Origin: Patescibacteria group bacterium
GTDB lineage: Bacteria; Patescibacteriota; Patescibacteriia; 2-01-FULL-39-33
Reading direction: 5' to 3'
Length of the DNA stretch: 64,000 nt
Assembly (NCBI GenBank): GCA_038065695.1
Contig: JBBTQN010000016.1
Location: forward strand, 11,738 to 75,737
This document shows positions 16,891-27,148 of the stretch, piece by piece. The stretch's first letter is position 1, and each line of letters starts with the position of its first letter. Position numbers and translations under genes: made by a program. Below the pieces are notes generated by a model. It was not told the DNA's origin and did not search any database. It was given only the letters and a program-made list of their open reading frames with translations.

Positions 16891-17739
16891 TTACTTCATT
16901 TTTTCAATCGCTTCTTTGAACTCGGCCAATTTCCCATTCTTGGGATTGATTTGTTTCAGTCGGTTAAAACTGCGCCTGGCCAAACCCTTATCGCCCGCCC
17001 TCACGCCCAACTCCGTCAGTTTATCCAAATACTTTGGATTATTCGGCTCGACCGAAGATGCTTTAAGATAAGCGTCCAGCGCCTTGTCCGGCTTCCCCGT
17101 CACCTCATAAATTTGGCCTAAATCATCATAATAAGCCACCACTTTCGGATCCACTTCAAACGAACTTAAAAAATCGGTTTCCGCTTCTTCTAAACGCCCG
17201 TTCTTCAAATGCGCGGCATCATCGCTTTTTACCGTTCGCAGCTTAATCAAATATTTAAAAACTTCTTCCGCCTGGTCGTAATTTTTATTTTTAAAATATA
17301 ATTCACCTAAACTTTCGTACGCCTCAACATTTTTTTTGTCCTTGGCGATTACCTCAATAAGCTTTTTTTCCGCCGTACTGAAATCGTCTTCCTTAATTAA
17401 ATCATCCGCTTCTTTTAATATTTCCACCGGCTCTTTTTCTTCCGTTGCTTCACCTTGATATCTTTTTTCCAATTTGGAAACTTTTTCCTTAATTTCTTTA
17501 ATCTTGCCGGCAAAAAAATCCTTTTGCCGTTTGGAAGCATTTCTTATTTTTTCTCTCGCCTTGGCGCTGCTTCTCAAAAACTTGGCGTGAAGGATCTTCG
17601 TCCTGACTTCCCCCTGTTTTTCTCCGCTAATCGAGCTGATATCCAAACTTTTCAAATCAGGCAAGTGTTTGAAAAAAATATAGCCGAGATAGGCTAAACA
17701 AAAAACAATGACGATAATTATTAAAACCAACAAAATCAT
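16891..17739 (-). CDS. TPR-repeat protein with N-terminal membrane anchor
   Basis: An N-terminal TM segment is followed by a coiled-coil and TPR-like repeats (AYYDDLGQIYEVTGKPDKALDAYLKA). Confidence 0.6.
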   Translation of the reverse strand: MILLVLIIIVIVFCLAYLGYIFFKHLPDLKSLDISSISGEKQGEVRTKILHAKFLRSSAKAREKIRNASKRQKDFFAGKIKEIKEKVSKLEKRYQGEATEEKEPVEILKEADDLIKEDDFSTAEKKLIEVIAKDKKNVEAYESLGELYFKNKNYDQAEEVFKYLIKLRTVKSDDAAHLKNGRLEEAETDFLSSFEVDPKVVAYYDDLGQIYEVTGKPDKALDAYLKASSVEPNNPKYLDKLTELGVRAGDKGLARRSFNRLKQINPKNGKLAEFKEAIEKMK

Positions 17740-18578
17740 GAAATTAAATTTATTTTTTGAAATACCGCTCTTTCCACTTCTTTTATTGCTCCGTTCATTA
17801 TTTCCCGCGGATCTATTTCCAACTTTTGCTCCTTTAGTCCTTGTCGCAGTGAGGAGACAAAAGCCAATCGTAAATCCGTGTCTAAATTAACGATATTTAT
17901 TCCCGCTTTTACCGCTCGCTTTAGGTCTTCGCTTTTCACGCCGGAAGCGCCATGAAGCACTAAGGGGATATTGGTTTCTTTCCTTATTTCTTTCAATCTT
18001 TTAAAATCAATATTCTCTCGGCCGACAAAACGGCCATGCTTGGTGCCGAGGGAAATTGCCAAAGCGTCAACCCCGGTTTGTCTGACGAATTCTTTGACTT
18101 GCTTCGGGTCGGTCAGACGCTCGCCGCTTTTTTTCAGTCCCTTTTCCATCCCTTCTTGGCCCGCCAAAGCGCCTAATTCCCCTTGCGCCCAGACGCCGAA
18201 GCGATGGCCATACAAAGCCGCTTTTTTAGTTAAGGCGATGTTTTTAGCTAAGGGAAGTTCGGAACCGTCAAAATGGACCGAAGAAAAACCGGCTTTGACG
18301 CACTGAACTATGATATCAAAACTGCGGCCGTGGTCAAGGTGGAGGGCGACCGGTATTTGTCCAGTCTCGCTTTCCGCCACTGATTTGACGATGGCAATAA
18401 TGTTTTTCAACCCCGCGTATTTTATCGTCTTTTCCGACACCTGGATGATTACCGGCCGTCGGCTTTTCTTGACCGCCCGGGCAATCGCCAAAGTCGTCTC
18501 TAAATTGAAAGTGTTAAAAGCGCCGACGGCGGAATTTTTTTTCACTTGCCTGATAACACTTTTAATGTGGGTGAGCAT
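17736..18578 (-). CDS. fba: class II fructose/ketose-bisphosphate aldolase
   Basis: Carries VALHLDHG and LVLHGASG motifs, with a 4-nt overlap with the downstream gene. Confidence 0.8.
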   Translation of the reverse strand: MLTHIKSVIRQVKKNSAVGAFNTFNLETTLAIARAVKKSRRPVIIQVSEKTIKYAGLKNIIAIVKSVAESETGQIPVALHLDHGRSFDIIVQCVKAGFSSVHFDGSELPLAKNIALTKKAALYGHRFGVWAQGELGALAGQEGMEKGLKKSGERLTDPKQVKEFVRQTGVDALAISLGTKHGRFVGRENIDFKRLKEIRKETNIPLVLHGASGVKSEDLKRAVKAGINIVNLDTDLRLAFVSSLRQGLKEQKLEIDPREIMNGAIKEVERAVFQKINLIS

Positions 18579-18614
18579 AAGATTAAAAAATTAAGAAAAT
18601 AAGAAAATAAAAAA

Positions 18615-19367
18615 TTAAAAAGAATCAATTATCTTTCTAAATTCTTCCGCGTCCAGACTCGCTCCGCCAACCAAAAAACCGCTACCTAAATCCAATTTGG
18701 CAAAATCACCGGCATTTGCTCCGTCCACGCTGCCGCCGTAAATCAATCTGATATTGTTGTTCACCAGTGTTGCCGGATACAAATCAATCAGCGATTGGCG
18801 GATAGCGGCAAAAACCGCTTCCGCCTCTTCGGCTTCGACCGGCTGGCCGGTGCCAATCGCCCAAACCGGCTCATAAGCGATCACTAACTCCTCACTGCCG
18901 GTGAGATGGATATTTTTTAGCGCCCTTTCCAGCTGGCGCAAAACCACATAGTCGGTGTGTTTTTCCCGGCGTTCATCCATGGTCTCACCGACGCAAATTA
19001 TCGGGGTTAAATTATTTTCCAAAACCGCCCTCACTTTCAAATTGACTGTCTCATCGGTTTCACCCAAATGCGCCCGCCGTTCACTGTGGCCCAAAATCAC
19101 GAACTCGCAGCCAATTTCTTTCAAAGCTAACGGGGAAATTTCACCGGTATAAGCGCCCTTTTCCCGCCAAAAACCGTCTTGGGCGCCCAATTTTATTTTT
19201 TTATTCTTTAAAACTTCAGCGACTCTCGTCAAACTGACAAAAGCTGGACAGATGACAACTTCGACATTTGACTCGCCGCTTAATTTTTCGACAAATTGTG
19301 TCGCTAAATCTTCCTCTTCTTTCGGAGACAAATTCATTTTCCAATTGGCGATAATAATTTTTTTCAT
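18615..19367 (-). CDS. tpiA: triosephosphate isomerase
   Basis: Carries IIIANWKMN, ILGHSERR, AYEPVWAIGTG and IYGGSV. The start is set at the Met at 19367. Confidence 0.9.
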   Translation of the reverse strand: MKKIIIANWKMNLSPKEEEDLATQFVEKLSGESNVEVVICPAFVSLTRVAEVLKNKKIKLGAQDGFWREKGAYTGEISPLALKEIGCEFVILGHSERRAHLGETDETVNLKVRAVLENNLTPIICVGETMDERREKHTDYVVLRQLERALKNIHLTGSEELVIAYEPVWAIGTGQPVEAEEAEAVFAAIRQSLIDLYPATLVNNNIRLIYGGSVDGANAGDFAKLDLGSGFLVGGASLDAEEFRKIIDSF

Positions 19368-19371
19368 GTAT

Positions 19372-20310
19372 TTATTGCCACTTAAAATTATGATACACCC
19401 AATAAGCCAAACTCTTAGTGTCGACAAATCGATCATCGATGGTGTCGCTCCCCAAAACAACCGTAATTAATTTTTTGCCTGATTGGTCGGTAATCTGGCT
19501 GGCGAAGGAATAACCCGCTATTTCCAAATAACCGGTTTTCCCCGCCTCCACTCGATAAGACGAACCGCCAACGCCGAAGGTTTGATTTAAAATCCAATCC
19601 GTGCTGGCGATTTTTCGAGTAATATTTTTATTCAAAATCGTTATTTTATGATTACTAGTGCTCGCCGCGCGAAAAATTTCTTTTTGAGTAAAAGCCGTTT
19701 TGACTAAAATCGCGACATCAACCGCGGTTGATTTGTTGCCGTCTTCCAAGCCGGTCAAATCCACAAACTTTGTGTCTTTCATTCCCAATTCAAGCGCCTG
19801 ATCATTCATTTTTTTAATAAATTCCTCCTCGCTTAATCCGGTAGACCTCGCTAAAGCCACCGATGCTTCATTGGCGGAAGCCACTAGGGCGGTATAAAAA
19901 ACGTCCTTGACCGAAACCACCTCGCCAACCATCAAACGACTGGTCGCACCCTCGCGAAAATCGCTTTGGGCCATTGTTATCTCCTTATCCCAACCGGGGT
20001 TGTGCTCCAGAAAAACCAACGCCGTCATGAGCTTGGTGATACTGGCGATAGATCTGACTTCTTGAGGATTTTTCTCAAAAAGAATTTTTCCGCTTTCCGC
20101 GTCAACGACCAAAGCGCTTTTGGCCGTTACTTTCACTCCCGCGCTCTCCGGGTTCTCAACCGCTTGCGGCGCTTCCTCCTCTAAATAACGCATCTCGGCT
20201 TGAGGCAGGCGATAATCAACTTGGGTAAAATTATTCAAAGTCGCCTGCTCATTTACCTGCGCGTTAAAAAACAAACTAGCTAAAATTAAATTGATTAAAA
20301 TTTCAAACAT
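19372..20310 (-). CDS. D-alanyl-D-alanine carboxypeptidase (S11 serine peptidase)
   Basis: Has a signal peptide, SITKLMT (SxxK), SANEAS (SxN) and GKTGY (KTG). The track start at 20373 lies in repeat DNA, so the start is placed at the Met at 20310. Confidence 0.75.
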   Translation of the reverse strand: MFEILINLILASLFFNAQVNEQATLNNFTQVDYRLPQAEMRYLEEEAPQAVENPESAGVKVTAKSALVVDAESGKILFEKNPQEVRSIASITKLMTALVFLEHNPGWDKEITMAQSDFREGATSRLMVGEVVSVKDVFYTALVASANEASVALARSTGLSEEEFIKKMNDQALELGMKDTKFVDLTGLEDGNKSTAVDVAILVKTAFTQKEIFRAASTSNHKITILNKNITRKIASTDWILNQTFGVGGSSYRVEAGKTGYLEIAGYSFASQITDQSGKKLITVVLGSDTIDDRFVDTKSLAYWVYHNFKWQ

Positions 20311-20420
20311 GACATTTTCAAATGTCATCCCGAGGGAGAAGTGCCGAAGGCGCGACGACCGTGGGGATCCCATGGGATTGCCACGTCGCTCCGCTTACGC
20401 TTCGCTCCTCGCAATGACGG
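20311..20420. repeat. GC-rich hairpin repeat (tgtcatcccgagggag...gggatcccatgggattgcc...cctcgcaatgacgg)
   Basis: GC-rich with perfect stems. It shares its terminus (gggattgc...cctcgcaatgac) with the element at 29221-29285. Confidence 0.65.
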
Positions 20421-20422
20421 TT

Positions 20423-20974
20423 TTAATTATTAATATTTTCCACTCCTTGGAGCAGTTTTTCCAAATTATTATTGCGATTTAATTTTTCAAAATCCGGCAA
20501 TTCCTCTACTTTCGAAAGTCCCAGATATTTTAAAAAATCAAAGGTAATGCGATAAGCCGTAACTGCCTTTTTTTTGTCTTCCTCCGCCTCGATCAGCCCG
20601 CGCATCAGAAGATTTCGTAAAATCAGACTGCAATTAACGCCCCTGATAATCTCCAGCTCCGCTTTGGAAATTGGGCCCCGATAAGCGATGACGGTCAGAG
20701 CTTCAAGAGACGGCCGCGTCAGTTCGCCAGTCATCTCGCTTTTAATGAATTTTTTCACTATTTCACCGGAGTCGCCGGCCGTCGCCATTTGGTATTTATC
20801 ATCGATCTTAAGTAATTTTATTCCTCCCGCTCTGGTCTCATATTTTTTTTCCAATTCAGCCAAAGCGTTTTTTATTTCCTCAATCTCGACCGACATGAGC
20901 TTGGCTAATTCCTTGATACTTAGCGGCTTATGAGAGATAAACAACAAACTTTCTATTTGGTTTTCTATCGACAT
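20423..20974 (-). CDS. scpB: segregation and condensation protein B
   Basis: Reads IESLLFISHKPLSIKELAKL...EALTVIAYRGPISKAELEIIRGV. Confidence 0.85.
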   Translation of the reverse strand: MSIENQIESLLFISHKPLSIKELAKLMSVEIEEIKNALAELEKKYETRAGGIKLLKIDDKYQMATAGDSGEIVKKFIKSEMTGELTRPSLEALTVIAYRGPISKAELEIIRGVNCSLILRNLLMRGLIEAEEDKKKAVTAYRITFDFLKYLGLSKVEELPDFEKLNRNNNLEKLLQGVENINN

Positions 20975-20981
20975 ATGGGAT

Positions 20982-21683
20982 TTAAGATTTAATAGATTCA
21001 ACCATAATTTCGTCAAACACGCCTTTTTGCTTCACCACCACTTCTCCTTGCTTGATGAGTTCCAGAAGCGCCATAAAACAGACGACAACTTCAGTACGCG
21101 ATTTGGCATTTTTTAAAACCTGATAAAAATTAGTTTTACCGATCTCCCTCAAATGCTCCCTGATATTCGTCACCATTTCGCGCAAGCTGACGGTTCTTTC
21201 CATCACTTTTTGGGGCAAGCTAACGACATATTCAATTCGTTTTAAAATCTCACCAAAAACATCGGATAAAACTTTAGCGTTTAATTGCGGCGGCGGAGAA
21301 AAAGCCGGTTCAAATTGGAAAGCAATCCGTTCCCGGCTGAAAGAAAACCTCTTTTGGCCGATAATCTTTTCTATTATTTTTGAGGCCTCTTGGTAATCCT
21401 TGTAAATTTTAAGTTGGGCTTCAAGCTCTTCGGCGCTGTCTTCTTCTTCATCAATAGTCTGCGGCAGGAGAATTTTTGACTTAATAACCAGAAGTTTGGT
21501 CGCCACCACCAAAAAATCAGCCAACTCGGTGGCGCTGATGTCTTTTACCTCGTCCAAATAAGCCAGATATTGGTCGGTTACTTGCGCCAGAGAAACTTGG
21601 GAAATATCTAACTTCTGATTCTCAATTAATTGGAGTAAAAGGTCTAATGGACCACTAAACTGTTCTGTCTTTATTTGATACAT
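20982..21683 (-). CDS. scpA: segregation and condensation protein A
   Basis: Reads FSGPLDLLLQLIENQKLDISQVSLAQVTDQYLAYL. Confidence 0.85.
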   Translation of the reverse strand: MYQIKTEQFSGPLDLLLQLIENQKLDISQVSLAQVTDQYLAYLDEVKDISATELADFLVVATKLLVIKSKILLPQTIDEEEDSAEELEAQLKIYKDYQEASKIIEKIIGQKRFSFSRERIAFQFEPAFSPPPQLNAKVLSDVFGEILKRIEYVVSLPQKVMERTVSLREMVTNIREHLREIGKTNFYQVLKNAKSRTEVVVCFMALLELIKQGEVVVKQKGVFDEIMVESIKS

Positions 21684-21735
21684 TTAAAATAAATTACAAA
21701 TCACAAATAAATTATAAATTTTTTATTTTTCAACC

Positions 21736-22563
21736 TTAGTTATCAACCTCAAATTCCTGACCGTCATAAATATCGTTTTTAAAGAAATTATAAAAAGTTT
21801 TATAAGCATCCCTTGCTTTGGGTGGTAAATTTTCTATAAACTCACATAAAGCGTCATTTTCCAAACAATATTGTTTTGTAAATTCCGCGATAAATTGATC
21901 AAATGAGCTCTCCATCTCTGACTTAGGATAAACCCGTCCGACCGAACCTGAAAAAAAGATTCCTTCATTTTTTAGAATTTGATAGTTATTATCCAGCACT
22001 GTTTTGGCATCAGGATTTAGTTGTTCAATTAGTAACCCAACCGGATGGCCAGCGGTTTCATGAATAACTGTCGCAGAAAAATTATCGGGATTTTTCCCAT
22101 TAAAAGTAATATATTTCGGGATTTCCGCTATACCGTCATGAAAAAATCCCTCACATCCTGCGGAAAGATAACTTTCTTCACTTTGGAAATTTATTTCTTT
22201 GAGATAGCCCTTTAGCTTTTCAAGGGGGATGAATTTTTCCACTAATTCCTTTATAGTCCGCAGCCGGTCGATTCCTAAGCGACTGGCCATTTTTAAAGGA
22301 ATTAAATAATAGAGAGGATCTATTAAAACAGCTGATTCTTTGCCTAGATTAAATAAATCGGATATGAGCTCTTTTTCTTTCAGCCATTCTCGTTCTTGCT
22401 CATCCCAATCGATGCTAGGGTCAGGATAATCTCGCCTTGCTTGAGGTATTTGCTGAATCACTTCGTCAATCCATTCCAAATTCCTCTTCTTGCATAGTTC
22501 AATCAGCTGTTTTCTTTCCTCAAAGTCATTTTCTTTACTTCTGGTAGGTTCTTTTTCTGTCAT
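21736..22563 (-). CDS. hypothetical protein with HExxH motif (VIHETAGHPVG)
   Basis: No recognisable family. AT-rich. Confidence 0.4.
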   Translation of the reverse strand: MTEKEPTRSKENDFEERKQLIELCKKRNLEWIDEVIQQIPQARRDYPDPSIDWDEQEREWLKEKELISDLFNLGKESAVLIDPLYYLIPLKMASRLGIDRLRTIKELVEKFIPLEKLKGYLKEINFQSEESYLSAGCEGFFHDGIAEIPKYITFNGKNPDNFSATVIHETAGHPVGLLIEQLNPDAKTVLDNNYQILKNEGIFFSGSVGRVYPKSEMESSFDQFIAEFTKQYCLENDALCEFIENLPPKARDAYKTFYNFFKNDIYDGQEFEVDN

Positions 22564-22572
22564 GGGATATGG

Positions 22573-23142
22573 TTATTTCTTTTTCTTTTTCGCCACCCTC
22601 TTCTTTGCTGTTTTTTTTGCGACTTTATTTTTTACTTTCTTCATAATCTGCTTCGTCTTCTTAGGAATCTTGTATCCGCCCTTCATCGCCACATCAGCCA
22701 ATTTGGCTTCTTCCATCTGGACGAAATCTTTTACTCTCAAAAGGACGCTGTCGGTAAAACTGCCGGTAGAGAAAACCGCCTTTTTCGTCCCCACCATTGC
22801 CCTATCAATCAAAACTTCCAGCTGATGAAGTTTGCCAAAAGAAGAAATCGCTCCCGGTTTGATTTTTAAAATTTTAACCATCACCTTTTCATCGGGGATG
22901 GAAACTTTTTTCGCGCCCAAAACTTTTTTCAATTTGTTTAAATCAATTCTTTTATCAGCCGGCACAATCACTAAGGCGAAAGTCTTGTCCACTTGGATGA
23001 GCAGATTCTTGGCGATTTCTTTCAATTCTTTTTTAAGCGTTTGGGCGGCGTCATAGGCGGTATAGACCGTCTTGTGGGCAATCTCCTCATAATTAATGCC
23101 CTTTTTATCCAAATAATTTTTAACCTTGGCGGGTATTGGCAT
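22573..23142 (-). CDS. YbaK/ProX-type aminoacyl-tRNA deacylase domain protein with poly-Lys C-terminal tail
   Basis: Carries YbaK-like motifs (FALVIVPADKRIDLNKLKKVLGAKKVS...PGAISSFG) and the tail KKVKNKVAKKTAKKRVAKKKKK. Confidence 0.65.
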   Translation of the reverse strand: MPIPAKVKNYLDKKGINYEEIAHKTVYTAYDAAQTLKKELKEIAKNLLIQVDKTFALVIVPADKRIDLNKLKKVLGAKKVSIPDEKVMVKILKIKPGAISSFGKLHQLEVLIDRAMVGTKKAVFSTGSFTDSVLLRVKDFVQMEEAKLADVAMKGGYKIPKKTKQIMKKVKNKVAKKTAKKRVAKKKKK

Positions 23143-23166
23143 AAAATTAAATTTAAAAAATAATAT

Positions 23167-24087
23167 TTATCTAAGTGGCGGGATATTTTTGTTCAAAGTT
23201 TGAACCGTCCGATTGAAACACTGCCGGCCCGCGCCGTGAGAAAATATATCCGCGTCATTTATTGGCTTGAATGTGCCGTTTTCCGGACCGGTTCCGGCCG
23301 CGAGAGAAAAGATGGCGCAAATTTCGTATTTATCGGAAACGACGACTTTGTACTCATACGACTGGCCGGTCTCCGGATCTTTATAGCTGGCAAATTGCGG
23401 CAAAGAAAAATTTTCCGGCAACTTACTATTCTGTTGATAATAATCATTGATGATATAATTGAGGTTGATGAGGTCATTGACTCTTCCTTCATCAAATTTT
23501 AATGCCCGTGACTCCGTCGGTGAGCTGATAATGAAAAAACTGCCGATGACCGAACAGAGAACAACCACGACGACAACGACAAACATTGAAAGAGAGGTTT
23601 TACTTCTGATGGAAAAGTCCTTCCTTCTTAAATCGTAAAAATAGTAGCCGAAGATGCCGCCGGCAATCACCAGTATCACCACCGTTCTTAAAATTACCGC
23701 CAAGGCAAAATCACCGTCCAAAAAGCGGAAAAGCTGATAAACCAGCCGGCCGATGATGGTGAGGGCCGAAGCCAAGAGCATTAAATAAGTGAGCCAGCGG
23801 TGGATGCCGCTTTGATGGTTTAGGCCGCCGGTTCTGTAATTCTTATGAAGCCAATTGGCGACGGCCAGAAATATCGGCGTGATAATGATGGCGGAGGCGA
23901 TATTGAATTTCAAAGTCCCTTGCGAAAAACTGCCGCCGTATTCAATCATTTGAGGCACAAAAAATTTATTGATGATTTGAAAAAGAACGGCGCCGACTGA
24001 AATTGACATCCAGCCGAGCGTGATCAAACTTAAAAGGTTCAAAAACGCGTCAAACGCACCCTTACCTTTAGAAGAAGATTCTTCCAT
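23167..24087 (-). CDS. hypothetical integral membrane protein (4-5 TM)
   Basis: Hydrophobicity pattern only. Resembles the membrane proteins of unknown function common in CPR genomes. Confidence 0.5.
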   Translation of the reverse strand: MEESSSKGKGAFDAFLNLLSLITLGWMSISVGAVLFQIINKFFVPQMIEYGGSFSQGTLKFNIASAIIITPIFLAVANWLHKNYRTGGLNHQSGIHRWLTYLMLLASALTIIGRLVYQLFRFLDGDFALAVILRTVVILVIAGGIFGYYFYDLRRKDFSIRSKTSLSMFVVVVVVVLCSVIGSFFIISSPTESRALKFDEGRVNDLINLNYIINDYYQQNSKLPENFSLPQFASYKDPETGQSYEYKVVVSDKYEICAIFSLAAGTGPENGTFKPINDADIFSHGAGRQCFNRTVQTLNKNIPPLR

Positions 24088-24112
24088 AAATTTAGTGGTT
24101 ATGAATTAAATT

Positions 24113-24226
24113 CTTCCCCCTCCTTGTCTTAAGGAGGGGGTTGGGGGAGGTCTTAAAATAAATTTTATTTAAGACCCCTCCGTCCCGCTTGGCGGGACAC
24201 CTCCCCTTGAAACAAGGGGAGGATTT
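24113..24226. repeat. GGGGAGG-family composite palindromic element (three hairpins)
   Basis: The sequence is ccccctccttgtcttaaggaggggg-ttgggggagg-tcttaaaataaattttatttaagacc-cctccgtcccgcttggcgggac-cctccccttgaaacaaggggagg. Confidence 0.8.
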
Positions 24227-24540
24227 TATTTAGATCTTTTAATCATTAGTGGCAATTTCTCTTGCTTACCAAACAATTCTCTGGCCTTTTTCTTGCCCAA
24301 TGGCGTCAGGATGATTTCTTTAATGAACCACTTCTCCGCCGTTTTGATGCCGACACCGCGAATTAAACCTTTTTTTATCAGCCGTTCCACACTTTTGGTG
24401 ATAATACTGATTTGGCCGTCAATTTTCGGCCGCCTCTTTTGGCTGTCGTAAAACTTTATCAAGATTGATTTTGACGCCGAGTATTTTTTACCCTCCAATC
24501 CTCGGCGTAAAATATATTTCTGTAAGGCGGAGAGAGACAT
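24226..24540 (-). CDS. hypothetical small basic protein
   Basis: ORF only. Lys/Arg-rich. Confidence 0.4.
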   Translation of the reverse strand: MSLSALQKYILRRGLEGKKYSASKSILIKFYDSQKRRPKIDGQISIITKSVERLIKKGLIRGVGIKTAEKWFIKEIILTPLGKKKARELFGKQEKLPLMIKRSK

Positions 24541-24592
24541 ATGACGGAATTTCTAATTTCTAATTTCTAATTTCTAAATAATTTTCAATGAT

Positions 24593-25438
24593 TTAATTAT
24601 TGAATTTGAAAGTGGATAAAATTTGTTTTAAAATTTCTCCTTCATCACCAACAACCTTTAAACCAATAATATTTCCATCGTGCTTCAATAAATATATAGT
24701 TTCCAAATTCATGTCCGCGCTCCAAGCTTTAATAAAATCATTGTTGCCAATTGTAATCTTTTGATAGGATGAATTTTCAGAATTGATTGTCTTTTTTGCT
24801 TCTTCCAAAGTTTTTCCGGGCCACGCAAATTCGCGAATAACATACTGGTCTATAGTATCTGATGTTTTTACGGAAATAATATTAATGATGCCAACCCACT
24901 TACACGTATCACAACCTTTTTTATCCTTATTAGCATATGCTTCTGACGTGTAGAGAGAGTTATTAAAAACTATATATCCCTTCGGATATTTAAACTCAAA
25001 TCCATACTGACTATTGGAATAAGTAGACCAGCCGGCGGTTGGGTCGGTAGCACCCGTATCTTTAACAAAAGTGATTCTGACCACCTTCACAACGCCATCA
25101 GCCAGATTGCCTTCCACGAGCACGCGGTCGCCGTCTTTAAATTCGGCAACATTACAGGGAGTGAAACCTTGGGCGTTATTGTCGCATTGGCTATAATCGC
25201 CAAATGAAAGCGTGGCCGATACGGCCGGCTTGCCCGGTTCTTCATAGAGAAAAGTTTTATTCGCCCAATTGGAAATATTACCGGTCTTGGTAAAGTTGAC
25301 GGCCGGAGCTGATTCTTGATTGGTATTGGCGTTTTGGTTTTCGTTTGACGGCTGGTTTTGATTGCCGGTCGGAATAAGCGAACAGCCGGCCAAAACAAAA
25401 GCCGCGACAACTGCCAAAGCAAGGAGAGATTTTTTCAT
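24593..25438 (-). CDS. putative lipoprotein
   Basis: Has a signal peptide with a LAGC lipobox, an N/Q-rich linker, and several Cys. Confidence 0.5.
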   Translation of the reverse strand: MKKSLLALAVVAAFVLAGCSLIPTGNQNQPSNENQNANTNQESAPAVNFTKTGNISNWANKTFLYEEPGKPAVSATLSFGDYSQCDNNAQGFTPCNVAEFKDGDRVLVEGNLADGVVKVVRITFVKDTGATDPTAGWSTYSNSQYGFEFKYPKGYIVFNNSLYTSEAYANKDKKGCDTCKWVGIINIISVKTSDTIDQYVIREFAWPGKTLEEAKKTINSENSSYQKITIGNNDFIKAWSADMNLETIYLLKHDGNIIGLKVVGDEGEILKQILSTFKFNN

Positions 25439-25575
25439 AAAAATAGTTAATTATTTTACTGTTAATTTTTACTACCCCCCCCCACAAATCTACGAATCAT
25501 TTACAAATCTACAAATTACAAATAATTATTTGTAGTATTTATAAATTCGTAGTGGGATTTGTAGATTTGCGGGGG

Positions 25576-27006
25576 TTAGCTCGCCATTTCGGTGTCAAAA
25601 CCTTCCTCGGTTTGGATCCCCTTTTCCAATTGAATATGCGCTTCTTTCAAGGTTTTTTTGGAAACCACATTGGGCGCGTCCACCATCAAATCGCGGCTGT
25701 CGCCGGTCTTGGGGAAGACGATGACTTCGCGGATGTTGGACTCGTTTTGCAAAATAGACATTATCCGATCCATACCCGCGGCAATGCCACCGTGAGGCGG
25801 GGCGCCAAATTCAAACGCTTCCAATATGTGACCGAAGCGATTCTGGATTTCCTCTTCTTTGAGGCCTAAAAGCTTAAAAATTTTTTTCTGAATATCTTGC
25901 CTATGGATCCTAATGGAGCCGCCCCAAATCTCGTTGCCATTTAACGCCAAGTCATAAGCGTAAGCGCGCCATCTTTCCGGTTCATCTGGATATTTTTCCA
26001 TATCTTCTTTTTGAGGCATGGTAAAAGGGTGGTGGTTGGCGACCAACTTCTTGGCCGTCTGGGAATGGCTGAACATCGGCGTGTCAATAACCCAACAGAA
26101 AGCGAGCTCGTCCGGATTATTTTTATCGTCCCTTAAATCCGGTTTATCCGAACCGTATTTCTCCATTGCCTCGGCGTAGGACAAGCGCGGGAAAGGCGTT
26201 TCTTTTATTTTTTTGCCCGGATACAACTCTTTAATTATTTTTATCATCAGTTCCTCGGTCAAATTCAAAACATCTTCCTGCTCAACAAAACTCATTTCCA
26301 CATCAATCTGGGTAAATTCGGCTTGACGGTCGCCTCGAGTGTCCTCATCGCGGAAACATCTCGCGATTTGGAAATATTTTTCGGCGCCGGCGACCATCAA
26401 AAGCTGTTTGAATTGCTGGGGCGACTGGGGCAAAACATAGAATTTACCGGGCCATAGGCGGGCGGGCACGATGAATTCGCGCGCGCCTTCCGGCGTGCCC
26501 TTGGTCAGAATCGGCGTTTCAATTTCCAAAAATCCTTTTTCATCGTAAAAATCACGCGCTAATTTAATAACTTTATAGCGCATCACCATGTTAGCGGTCA
26601 TTCTCTCGGTGCGTAAATCCAAATAGCGGTATTTGAGGCGAAGCTCTTCATTCACACCGGCCGTGCTCTTATCCAACTCAAACGGCGGGGTTTTGGCTTC
26701 GTTCAAAATCTCCAGACTGGTGGCGAGCATTTCCACCGTGCCTGTGGGAATCTTATCATTGATCATATCAGCCGGCCGCTTATTAATCTGACCGGTGATT
26801 TTGACCACGAATTCACTCCTTAATTTTTCTGCCAATTTATAAGCTTCCTTATTTGAAGGAATAAAAACCACCTGCATCAGGCCGCTTCGGTCGCGAAGGT
26901 CAATAAAAATAATTTTGCCGTGATCCCTCCGGCCATGGACCCAGCCGGAAATCGCCACCTCCTTTCCCGCTTGGCTTACTGCCTCCAGCACTGATGTTTT
27001 TGACAT
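25576..27006 (-). CDS. aspS: aspartate--tRNA ligase (compact archaeal/eukaryal-type, no GAD insertion)
   Basis: Has an N-terminal OB fold, FYVLPQSPQQFKQLLM, FQIARCFRDED (motif 2) and GGIAAGMDRIMSIL (motif 3). Confidence 0.75.
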   Translation of the reverse strand: MSKTSVLEAVSQAGKEVAISGWVHGRRDHGKIIFIDLRDRSGLMQVVFIPSNKEAYKLAEKLRSEFVVKITGQINKRPADMINDKIPTGTVEMLATSLEILNEAKTPPFELDKSTAGVNEELRLKYRYLDLRTERMTANMVMRYKVIKLARDFYDEKGFLEIETPILTKGTPEGAREFIVPARLWPGKFYVLPQSPQQFKQLLMVAGAEKYFQIARCFRDEDTRGDRQAEFTQIDVEMSFVEQEDVLNLTEELMIKIIKELYPGKKIKETPFPRLSYAEAMEKYGSDKPDLRDDKNNPDELAFCWVIDTPMFSHSQTAKKLVANHHPFTMPQKEDMEKYPDEPERWRAYAYDLALNGNEIWGGSIRIHRQDIQKKIFKLLGLKEEEIQNRFGHILEAFEFGAPPHGGIAAGMDRIMSILQNESNIREVIVFPKTGDSRDLMVDAPNVVSKKTLKEAHIQLEKGIQTEEGFDTEMAS

Positions 27007-27148
27007 AAGAATAGAGTAAACCCCGTTAAATAAAAATCCTTATAGGATTTTTGGCAACGAAGTTGCCTATTTAATGGGGTAAAATTTAATGAATTTATTA
27101 TAACAAAAAAGCCGATTAAAAACAACCGGCTTACATTGGGGGAAAATC

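Noticed and set aside
22490-22825. Plus-strand ORF with FFFFF run (22535-22560 poly-T/A microsatellite)
   Set aside because: It is the antisense of the Lys-rich tail of the YbaK-like gene (22573-23142) and a product of a homopolymeric tract, so it is not a gene.
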